A stretch of 64,000 bases of DNA from Oikopleura dioica (lineage: Eukaryota; Animalia; Chordata): assembly GCA_907165135.1 (NCBI GenBank), contig OU015566.1, positions 372,001 to 436,000 of the forward strand, in the 5' to 3' direction. Of this stretch, positions 1 through 10,432 are shown piece by piece. Under the pieces are notes generated by a model. It saw nothing but the letters and a program-made list of their open reading frames with translations, did not search any database and was not told the origin of the DNA. Every line of letters starts with the position of its first letter. Position 1 is the first letter of the stretch. The position numbers and the translations under genes were made by a program.

Positions 1-2854
1 TAATTCAACTGGCCTTGGCATGATTTTTCCATCAATTTTATGCTAAGTAAATAAAAAAGTCCGTAATTCTTAATTTTTACTGTATTTATGACTCTGTGAA
101 AATATTTTAGTTGATATGGACGAGATTTGGAGCTCTCAAGACTGTTTCTTTTATCAAAAAATGAGCACTTATGAAAAAACGACATTTGTTGACATTTGAC
201 ATTTGATATTTGAAATTTGATTTTGTCCAGAAGATAGCTCAGTCTTTAATCTTTCCATCCGTGTCTTTTAAAAATTTTATCACGACCGAAAGACCCTAAA
301 AAGGCACGACCTACGCGTAGGTCGATATGCGGGCATCGTTTTTTGACCTGTAGAATCCATTTCCAGGGTCAAAATTATGAAATTACGAAAATAGATTTTT
401 CGAAAATTGTTGACGGGGGTCCTTAAATTCAAACAACTTATTAAAATCTGACAAAAATTAAAACTCATAATCGGTTTTTCTTCGACGCTAATAAGTCACT
501 ACCTGGTGCTAGATATGAGAATATATGGCTCATTCTGATGAATTCTTTAACTAAATGTAAATGCGAAAAAACATACACGATAACGACATGTTCTAGAAAG
601 AACATTCTGTTTATAAATCATCTGTGCTTACTTAATAAAATCATCGGATTTGTTATGATTTTTTTGACATTTTTTAACTTCGTTTTCTATGAGAATGTCG
701 AGAGATATCTTTGACTTCAGCTAGAAATGTCCTTTATGATCAGGGCCGACGCGTAAAAAATCAACCCCAAGAAAGCATCAACGAAGAGAGCTGAAACTTC
801 GGGAAGTAATGTAGTTCGACCAAACTAAAAGAATTGCTATAAGAAGGCACCAGAAAACACCGCTCTATTAAACCGATACAAGAATCTTCATTACTACCAA
901 GGCTTAAATACTTCCTACTACGTACTGCAACGACTAAAGAAAATTTTGTATGAAGAAATCAGTTGACCTTCAGTTCTCTGTAGTAATAGCTAGTTAACTA
1001 CTATCTACTACCAGTAAAATAACTTGAAATTGAAATTTTACAAATCAAACTAGATTCGCTGTATTCAAATTAACATTTTTAAACATAGAGAAGAGACGAA
1101 AATACTGCTTAAAAAATTCGGACGTCTCTTTATCATAAATAATAGCAAATAAGGCTAGTTTTCAAAAATTAATTAATCCCTTGAACCGGATGATAAAAGA
1201 GAATACCTTCATTACAACAAATTTCTGAGAACGCTTCTATCTACAATTTCTGCCACTCGATATGCAAAAGGAAGTAATTTACTATATTACTACATTGCTA
1301 TCCGACTCCATCTCTAATTCTGCTGGAGCTGATGGTTAGCTCTGCTCCCCTTATGCAGTAGAATATTCAGTTTTCCGTTGACGTTTATTAATATTCGCTT
1401 TATGCTTTAAATCTGGCCTTTGCATTAAAGCTTATTTCTGTGCTTAATAAGTCGAATCAAGAAGCATTCGGAAAAAAATATCAAACACGCTTAGCTTCAG
1501 AATATTTTCCTGTTTTTAATTTTAATTTCTAGAAAAATTTTTGCTTGTATTTAACCCAACGAGTCAAAGTCGACATTTTTATCGAAATCCGGTTTTAATC
1601 AGCTGCCCTAATTAGCCAAATCACCACAACAAGCCAAAAATTGTAATGTGTGTTTGCATACGCCTTAGGCACCATGTGACCAAAAATTGAGGTGATAAGT
1701 ACAATTGTATTAACCTGGTGCTCTGTACCTGTTTATTTCCGCTCAGCTCGAACAAAATCAGAACGTGATCACTGCAAAAAAACAAATTTCCGATTATTTG
1801 AGGAGTTTTACCGGAAAAAAACAATATATTGGTTTTCGAATGTGGAGAATTCTAACTAGGATGTTAAAACCAATCATGAGTGAATTTTACTTTGAAATAA
1901 AATGAGCTATTGATATGCAAGAGAAAAACAATTAACACCATCAAAAAGTGCTTATTTTAATAAATGTTAGAACAAAGTTTCAGGAGAGTATGAGAGCATT
2001 TCGACAAAAAATGTCGAATTAGACTCGTGGGATTACGCTCATCGCATCGACTCGTGAATTTTACTCCCTTTGTTCAGATTTCAAAATTTTTTCTAAATTT
2101 TTTTTGTTTATAAATAAACTTCCATTGACAACACCATCGTTGTCTGGATATTATATGGGACGATTAAGAAAGTATTAACAGCCGCGCTCATTACAACGCT
2201 CATAATCTGAGATAAATAAATTCCTTTTAAATTATTTAAATCAAACTAGACGAAATTTTGACTTTTTGTATATAAAAAGTTTTAAAAGAAACCTTTGAAA
2301 ATATATCGAGTCGAATAAACGTCTCTTCTAAGAAAGTGACGACTAAAGACCTCCCCTATGGTTTTTGCCGAAAGGGGTGTCGCACGGACCAAAATTTTGC
2401 GTAACCAAGATTAAGGTAGGTCATCAGTATACTTAAATATCAAAATTACATCCTTAATCTATGGACATACAATGTATGTTACATACATGTATGGCCTTCT
2501 TTCTGTTTGGTTCTGTTTCCTATTTCTGTTTTGAACTAAGTTTGATTAAACAGATTTTTATAAATACAGTCAAAATCGGCAGCTTTTTGCATTCACTTCG
2601 CAGCTGCCGACTTTGGCAGTCACTTTGCAGTGGCAGTTGCAAATTTAAAAAGTCTGGTAGACGCCATTTTCTTTCAGATTTTGATCTCCGATTTGGGTAT
2701 TGTGCAGAATGTATGCATAAAGCACTTCCTAGGAACTTATAAAACAATGAAATAGGGATAATTAAAAGATTTTTCACATCGCAAATTATTTTACTCAAAA
2801 TCTCTAGATATCAATAGTATATTTTTCTCAATTTATTTTCTTTCTCAGTTTCAA

Positions 2855-3363
2855 ATGTCGTATTTCAATACGGATCGTTCAATAAACAATCCACCGGGGT
2901 CAAAGGAAAACGCTCCCTCTTCTCCTGATGGAGACCTGCCTGCGTTACCATATCCAGCTCAAAATCAAGGTCTTCCGGCATATCCACCAGGACAGAATTC
3001 ACCCTATCCACCACCGACTTTCAATCCGTCTCCCTCTTCGCCGCAACCTGTACCTCAACCTGCTCCGCAACCAGTGGTGATCAATGTGGTGCAAAAAACT
3101 TTCAGTGAGTCTGTTATATTTAAAATTGATAGCAAAATAGGAGTGCAGCCATTTCGAAAATTGTGTTTTTTTCAGCTCAGCCTGTTCAAGCCTCTCCAAT
3201 CGAAAGTAATGACCATCATCTTAGTCAGAGCAAAGAAAAACCTAAAAAGCGTAGTTTCTTTGGAACTCTTATTGCTATTACGATTCTTGTTTTCATCGTT
3301 ACCAAAGTTCGAAATTTGAAGGAAAAGAATTTTGAATATTTTGGAAAAACTTTCTTTAAATAA
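2855..3363 (+). CDS. Proline-rich protein with C-terminal hydrophobic (TM-like) segment, two exons (2855-3104, 3176-about 3363)
   Basis: The Pro/Gln/Tyr-rich ORF is joined in frame (phase 1) by a GT-AG intron at 3105-3175 to AQPVQASPIES...FFGTLIAITILVFIVTK. The 3' end is uncertain. Confidence 0.55.
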
Positions 3364-3504
3364 CTCTTTCACGGTTTTAGCCGTAAAAGGCCTCGCGGGG
3401 ACCAAAATTCTAGAAAAATACGATTCAGTGTGGTCCTTCTTGTACTAATATAGTTTGAATTTTTTTTTATACACATATCTTTATTAATAGTCATAGCATA
3501 AAGT

Positions 3505-3723
3505 TGTAGAGGTTTACTCTCTATATAATAAACTATCAAACTTTCATAGTATTGTAATTTATTTGGTCAGTGGCTAATTTGGAAAAATAGCTGCTCGTGG
3601 ACTAGTGACAGCCGGTTATATAGTGAGCTCAAGTGCTCTTGAAAAGCGCCGCGCCCAGCTCGGGCGACTTCCTTCAAGTGCCAACTTGATTCATCGGGAA
3701 AATAAAGACAGTAAATCCCTATA
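3505..3723 (-). mobile_element. 3' LTR (219 bp) of a Ty3/gypsy-type LTR element
   Basis: Reverse complement of 15898-16116 with one mismatch seen. On the minus strand it is preceded by the polypurine tract GAAGGAGGGAGATAG and followed by ACTT (TSD). Confidence 0.9.
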
Positions 3724-4492
3724 CTATCTCCCTCCTTCGTCAGAAAATAGCAGATTTGGGAGGAAGTGTTGTAGGATAAGGCCAGAGCGGCTTTGAACAG
3801 GCGAAAATCGAAACAGAAACGAAGGTATTAGGAGCTGGTTGAAGCCGAGCAATTGGCTCTAGACGCCAGGTCAATCAAAGTCAGGCCGAATTCGAGATAG
3901 AGCAACGCAGTAAGTGTCCAGTTGGGTTTGATTTAGTCGCATCGAGGCGATTTCCGCTCGATTGATTTCAAAATTTTCTTGGTTCTGGTGAAATGTTCTT
4001 GGTGGCATGTTATCCTTGCTTGCCAAAGCAATGTCGGATTATTTTCAACCCTTTCTTTCCCTCTCCTCTGGGGTTTTCTATTTTACGTCGTATGAATTCA
4101 CGACTTCCCCTTCGATCAAAGTTAGTCTCGTGGCGGTCCGAGCTGATTATGTATTACGAGGTTTCGCCGTTGATCTAAACGCATTTTTGTTCTTTTATTC
4201 GAGTTCTTTTCGCTCGTGAATTTTTTTTTCAAAAACATATTATGGTCAACTCAGCCTTTCGTTGCCGACAATTTTCGTCATAAAATCAAATATAAATTTC
4301 GTGGAATCTGTCAATCAATTTAACATTACTCCTTGTTATATCGATGGAGCCTTGTTAAGTTCGACCATGGTAGAGTTGGTGTTTCAAACGCAGCTCAACC
4401 AAAGTTCGCATTTCATTTACCGGTTATGCTCATTTTTCTGTGGAAGTCGTCAACTGCCAGTTGATGAGTGTCGGAAGCATTGAATGCTCCAG
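3724..4492 (-). mobile_element. 3' internal segment of the same LTR element, separated from its 5' part by the inversion
   Basis: Lies between the PPT/LTR and the hAT left end. It joins 19231 through the shared 8-mer TGCTCCAG/CTGGAGCA. Coding capacity is decayed. Confidence 0.8.
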
Positions 4493-5077
4493 CAGGGTGT
4501 CAAATCGCGGGGGATTTTGAAGGGATTGCGCGCCACAGCGCCGTTTCGATCCCACGGTGTAAGGGATCGCCTCGCAACGAGAGGCAACGAAAAGGGAGCG
4601 CTCACAGAAACAAAGGGATCGCGCCGATCCCTTCGCGCGTGGGATATCCCTTCGCGCAAGGGATCTAAAATTTCTGAAAACGAGCGATCATGTAAAAATT
4701 CAACAACGATCATTTTTTAATGCGAAAATTGACCAACATATAATAATTCTTATCCTTTCAACGAAAAAACTAACCAAAATCATGGCATAATCAATCCGAC
4801 TTTAGGTTTTTTTGTTTAAAATTTATTTTATTCATGTAAAAATTCACCATCCTTTTGTCTTCATCACAGATGGTTGGTACCTCGAGTTTTTTTCCGTCTT
4901 CCCTGTGATATCATCTCCAGCTGTTTGGATATAAACCCTTCATATCTGATTCTCGCAGCGGGGTATTACTAAGATACTATACTAATGATCGGAAATCAGC
5001 CCATCTGCAGAAGGACACCATCTATCCAGATGTATTGTCAATATAAAGTCCTCCAAAAATGAAATTTTTTCGTAAAT

Positions 5078-8000
5078 ATGAGTCAAAAACGACCATTTGA
5101 TGAAGGTCCTTTGCTTTCTCCACCATCAACTCCGTTTGAGAAAAAGAAAAAAACCAAGGATGAGTTCAAGAAAATTGTAGAGATTCTAGAAGAAGATGAG
5201 AAGCTCATTTGCACTTCGGAGATCCATCATAATTACAAAGCAGATTTCAAACTAGAGAAGATCACGAAGTCAGACCAGACGCCGACGCCATATGTCATTT
5301 GCCGGAGCCAATTTTGCACTAATGCTGAATACAAACATAAGGTAAGAAAAAATTGACCAGATTTGAATTTAAATTAACCTTATCATGTAAAAATTAACCG
5401 GTAAAATTAAACCCTTTCAATTTAAAAATTCGATTTTAATTTTTCATGCAGAAATAAACCTTGCTCAAGTAAAAAAACTTTTTTCAAGAAAAAATCGACC
5501 CTTTTTATGTAAATATTGACCCTTTTAATGTAAAAATTGACCCTTTTAATGTAAAAATTGACCGTTTCCATGTAAGAATTGACCCTTTTCATGCAAAAAT
5601 TGACCCTTTTCATGTAAACATTAACCCTTTCAATGTAAAAATTGACCCTTTTCATGTAAAAATTGTTCCTTCCCATGTAAAAATTGACCCTTCCCATGTA
5701 AAAATTGACCATTTCATGTAAAAATTGACCCTTCCCATGTAAAAATTGACCCTTTCCATGTAAGAATTTACCCTTTTCATGTAAAAATTGACCCTTTTCA
5801 TGTGAAACTTGCCCTGGCTTGAGAATAAATAAGCCCTCTTCATTTTTGACCAGTCGAAAAAATTAACTCTTTTATAGGTTTTCTTTGGCATTCGAGGCAA
5901 TTTGGCGAAAGCGAACCATGCGACTGACTACTACGTGAAACGTCACATCCAAGAACACCATCATTCAACCGCAACCGACGCCGAAGAGCTTGAGGAAATC
6001 GCCGCAGAAGTTGTTGCAAACGATGGTCTCTCGATTGGTGCTTTTGAAACCGAAACGATGAAGAAATTTTGCGCAAGGGCTCATCAGGCAATAGCGAATG
6101 GAATAAGCAGTCACAAAATTGTGAAGATTCTCAGGTAAAAATTGACCGTTTAATTTAGATAAATAAATTTTTAAGGCGCAAAAGTACCGTTTCCAATGGT
6201 ATCGTCAAGTCAAAGCTGCCTGGTCTTATCCAGGAAAACAGATGCTGCTTGGTCCTTGATGGGTTCGATTGCCCTCGGCTAACGAAAGAAAGAAGTAGCA
6301 AATACCTCGGGGTCTTCATCGGGTTCTACGATTCGAACCTGCGAAAGACTCGATTTTTTCTTCTTCACTACGGGGTCATCTTCAAAGCAACTGATGCGAA
6401 TGTACGTCGACAACTAGAAAACGTCCTCTCGGATTGGAATATCCTCGACTTTTTTCACGCAAAACGACTTCCAGTTGTCGGAGATGCGCCGATGGCTCAG
6501 GCCTTCTCTGACTATTTTGCCGTTGTCTGTGCAAGCCACACGATTTCGAATCAGTTAAAAAGGTAAATACATCATTCTTCTTTCATCAAATAACGTCTTT
6601 ACTTTAGATATATTACCCTTGTCCAGAGCGATGCAATCGTCGGCGATAGCTGTGTCGAAATCGAGAAAGCTGTCTCAGCATGCAATCATCGAGCTGAACG
6701 AGACGACTGCTCCGAGAAATCCTTCAATGATCTAGTGAAAAGCTACACTCCAACTGAAGATGAGCTCAAGCACATCAGGCAATTCTACCCGAATTACGAC
6801 AAATTCGTTACGATCGACAGGATCTACTACATCAGATTCAGGTTCGTTCTTCATCATTTCATGTAAAAATTGACTTTTTCATGTAAAAATTGACCCTTTC
6901 CATGTAAGAATTGACCCTTTTAATGTAAAAATTGACCCTTTTCATGTAAAAATTGACCCTTTTCATGTAAAAATTAACCCTTTCCATGTAAAAATTGACC
7001 CTTTCCATGTAAAAATTGACCCTTTCCATGTAAAAATTGACCCTTTTCATGTAAAAATTAACCCTTTCCATGTAAAAATTGACCCTTTCCATGTAAAAAT
7101 TGACCCTTTCCATGTAAAAATTAATCATTCCATGACAAAATTAACCGAAGTCATGTAAAAATTAACCGTTATTATGTAATAATTGACTTTATCTTTCAGA
7201 TCTTTCATCACGACGTACAAGCAGCTCATGGCAAACGAGCCTCTTCTTCGTCGTCATCAGAAGTACCTGACCGACTCAAAGTCGATCACACACGAAATCG
7301 ACTGGAAGCTTGTTCATTACCTCTACTCAGTCTCTCAAGTCTTCGAGCCTGCTCTGGCGTCCACCGACTCGGATCACTTCTCGGTTGGAGACACCCTGGC
7401 AAAACTGTTCGACTTGCTGAAATTTTTGCTTCAAGTTGATCCGGCTGACTTCAAGGAAATCCACCAGGAGCTGATTCTGACCGTAGCAGACTACATTTTC
7501 GGTGCAAACATCACTGGAAGGAAGCCATCGAGAGGATCCTACATCAAATCGAGAGCAAATCCAGCTGCTTTGGTCGGGCTCTCCCTTGACTTCTTCAGCC
7601 GCCACTTCGAATTCACCTTGATCCGTAACCGACTTGACGACGCCTTTGAGAAGGATTCGTTCATCACCCAGTCTACATACAACACCCTCAACACTTGCTT
7701 TGATACTGCAGTTCCTGTCTGGAAGGAGACAGTGCGCAAAACCTTCTTTGACCTCGCCGAGCAAACCAAGCCAAGCGAAGAAATCTTTATTCTTGTAAGT
7801 AAAGGTTTATTATTTCCCGGATCTGGTTAATTTTTTCCCGCAAAGGGGTAATTCTTATCAAGTTTCGATTAGTTTCTGCATCTAGCGGTTAATTTTTACA
7901 TGACATCGGATTACTCTTTCATAAAAAAGGTCAATTCTTACTCAGAGCTGGTCAATTTTTACATAAAAAAGCATAAATTATAAACATTATTTTAGGTTCC

Positions 8001-8529
8001 TGTTGAAAACCAGCAACAGACGACACCATCGGCAGCTACTTCATCACAGCCAAAGACGTTGACTCCTCCAAGCTCGCAGGAGCGCGCTCCGCCGACTCCT
8101 CCATCTTCTCAAGCAAAGTCGACTTTCGAGGAAGAAATGGAGCAATATTCAAGCGACGAGGATGAATGCGAAAAATCATCAACTGATGAGTTCTCTGCAT
8201 GGTTCAAAAAGGAGAACAAGACGGAGCGCAAAGAAAGCGTCAAAAGATACAAGCAATGGTTGAACCAGCTCGATCCCCAGTTCAAGACCTCCGCCAGTAC
8301 CGCTGAACGAAGTTTGATGTATTTCACACATCACGCTGGAACTTACCCGACATTCGCCAGAATCGCACAACTCGTACGCTCAACTCCTGGCTCAAGCGGC
8401 AGCATCGAACGTCTCTTCTCAAAAGCGAACGATATCATGTCTTCAAAACGCAACTGCTTGAACACCAGTACTGTTGAACTCATTCTACAAGTGTCTTCTT
8501 ATCCAAATGTACAGAATCTATTTGAATAA
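5078..8529 (+). CDS. hAT transposase, 6 exons (5078-5341, 5878-6134, 6176-6562, 6608-6841, 7200-7794, 7996-8529), 756 aa
   Basis: All five introns are GT-AG and the phases join to 2271 nt with no stop. Motifs: BED-like C..C/H..H split by intron 1, LVLDG (D1), VVGDA (D2), CASH (CxxH), IRFRS (equivalent to TRWNS) and C-terminal PGSSGSIERLFS (hAT dimerisation domain with catalytic E). Confidence 0.92.
5380..5810 (+). repeat. 21-bp minisatellite (CATGTAAAAATTGACCCTTTT) in transposase intron 1
   Basis: Tandem units are directly visible and produce the spurious MKRVNFY antisense ORFs. Confidence 0.9.
6855..7170 (+). repeat. Same 21-bp minisatellite in transposase intron 4
   Basis: About 13 near-perfect tandem units. 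Confidence 0.9.
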
Positions 8530-8914
8530 ATGTTTTTCGCTAAAAATTATGCGTCGAAATCCTGCATTTATGACCCCTTTGCATGCAAAAATTAACCGAA
8601 TTCATGAAAAAATTAACCTTGATCATGCAAAAATTAACCCTTTCTTAGAATAAATTGACCGAGGTCATGTAAATATTAACCGAATTTATGAAAAAATTAA
8701 CCTTTATCATGCTAAAATTAACCCTTTCTTAGTATAAATTCACCGAGGTCATGCAAATATAAACCGAACTCATGAAAAAATTGACCTTTATCATGCATAA
8801 ATTAACCCATTCTAAGCATTAATTGACCGAGGTCATGCCAATATTAACCATTTTCATGGACAAATTTACCTTAGTCGCGTAAAAATCGACCAAAATCGGA
8901 TAAATCAGGCTTTT

Positions 8915-9265
8915 AGCCGATCAAAACGCTCTTAAATGGCCCTTAGCCAATCAAAACGATCTAAAATGGCTCTCAGCCAATCAAAACGAGCGAAAACGTC
9001 TATCAGCCAATCAAAACGAGCGAAAACGTCTATCAGCCAATCAAAACGCTCGAAAATGCCCCTTAGCAAATCAAAACGCTCGAAAATGTATATGAGCCAA
9101 TCAAAACGCTCGAAAATGTCTATCAGCCAATCAAAAATCTAAATGCTCAAAAAATGGTTTCGGCCAATCTTAATGCTGCAAATAGGCTTTCCGCCAATCA
9201 AAAAGCTTAAAAAATGATTCCAGCCAATCAGAATGCCCAAAAAAAAAAAATTTGGGCCAATCAAA
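8915..9265 (+). promoter_or_regulatory. Array of CCAAT boxes (AGCCAATCA) at about 30-bp spacing upstream of the cargo gene
   Basis: CCAAT at about 8947, 8977, 9007, 9037, 9097, 9127, 9164, 9194, 9224 and 9257, plus variants at 8917 and 9067. Matches the NF-Y consensus RRCCAATSR. Function is inferred. Confidence 0.6.
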
Positions 9266-9409
9266 ATGCTCGAAATTTCCTCTTTGGGAAAAAGTTCTTA
9301 AATGTTGACTTTTAAAAGTTAAACATTCGCCTTCCATAGAATTGCACAAAAAATCTCTAGAACAAATGTTGATTTTTGTGTAAATTAATAATAATCGTCA
9401 GTTATAAGT

Positions 9410-10107
9410 ATGCCCAGGAAGAAAGAAGAGTTCCCTATTTGCTGCACACTCTGCTTGCGCAGTTTAAAAATGTCAACTCTCGACTTTCATTTTAAACGTT
9501 ATCACAAAGAAATAGAGCCAAGTCAACGACGAAATTACATTACAAAATGTATTATTAAAAAAAAAGTCGCAATTTCTTTCAGGAAATTTAAAAAAAAGAT
9601 AAGAGTGATTCTTAATTTGATTTTTTTTAAATAAAATAGAAATCTTGAAGTAAATCAAGATTGTTTCCTCGATTCTACTGTGCGGGAAACATATCGAGAC
9701 GATCTGGGAAGAGTCAAGAGTCACCAAGTTACCATTCGCTCAATAAAGGCGAAAGAAGATAAGAAAAAGTTCAAGAAATTCGTAGAAACGGCGCGTGAGA
9801 GAGCAGCGGCGAAGAAAGAAAGGGGTCGGTTATCCTTATATAACCTTTTTTGTGAAAATCTTTATTCGGTTTGTTCAATAAGTCAAAAAATATATTTAAC
9901 TATTTTTAGTCACCACCGATTATTCTTCCTGCTCCAGTGACATTAACTAAAGACAGTCAATACGAATGTCCACTCATGACAGACAATTGTTCATCTTCAT
10001 ATGCAGCATCATCCTGTGAAAAATGTCCGGAAATTTGCACGAATTGTTACCAACAAGCATGGCACCCAGGCTACAAGTGCATTTTTTGCATGAAAAAATT
10101 GTATTAA
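9410..10107 (+). CDS. Cargo gene in hAT-A: N-terminal C2H2/BED-like finger, basic middle, C-terminal RING-like Cys8 cluster (probably 3 exons)
   Basis: CTLC-x11-H-x4-H at 9410 onward. Open frame 9640-9823. Frame 9910-10107 reads ECPLMTDNC...CEKCPEICTNC...KCIFC. Joining the frames needs non-canonical GA/GG donors, so the junctions are uncertain. Confidence 0.55.
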
Positions 10108-10432
10108 GTTTTTCAACTTTCTGTTTCATTCGAAATTGTCCAATTCTAGAGTAAAAGTTTTGTGAAAATTGAGTACACTATGTTTTTCCGTGAGAATCCC
10201 TTATTATATCTGTTCAAGATTCCCCAATACATTTCGAATCAATTATTAAGTTTGAAAATCACTGTCTTAGAGCGCAGGCTCCGCTGGCGCCAGAAGCGCT
10301 CGATTTGGCGCTCTGGCTCCCGCGATCCCTTCGCGTTCAAAATGGCGCGCGAGCGATCCCTTCACTCTTGGGATCGAGCGTAGGCGAGTAAGCGCGATCC
10401 CTTCTCGATCCCCCGCGATTTGACACCCTGAA

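Larger units (their letters stand above)
4493..10430 (+). mobile_element. hAT DNA transposon family A, copy 1 (5938 bp, apparently autonomous)
   Basis: TIRs CAGGGTGTCAAATCGCGGGGGA at both ends, subterminal GGGATC/GATCCC motif clusters, a transposase gene and 8-bp flanks. Confidence 0.95.

Noticed and set aside
528-580. Hammerhead at CTGATGA near 535
   Set aside because: No stem II or stem I pairing.
5422-7128. Antisense ORFs made of MKRVNFY repeats (also 22535-24241)
   Set aside because: Translations of the 21-bp intronic minisatellite. No evidence of a protein.
7327-8370. Long antisense ORFs overlapping transposase exons
   Set aside because: Shadow frames of the GC-richer coding strand.
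8936-9142. SQSKR-repeat, protamine-like ORF
   Set aside because: Arises from the 30-bp CCAAT repeat. The frame is lost where the array continues.
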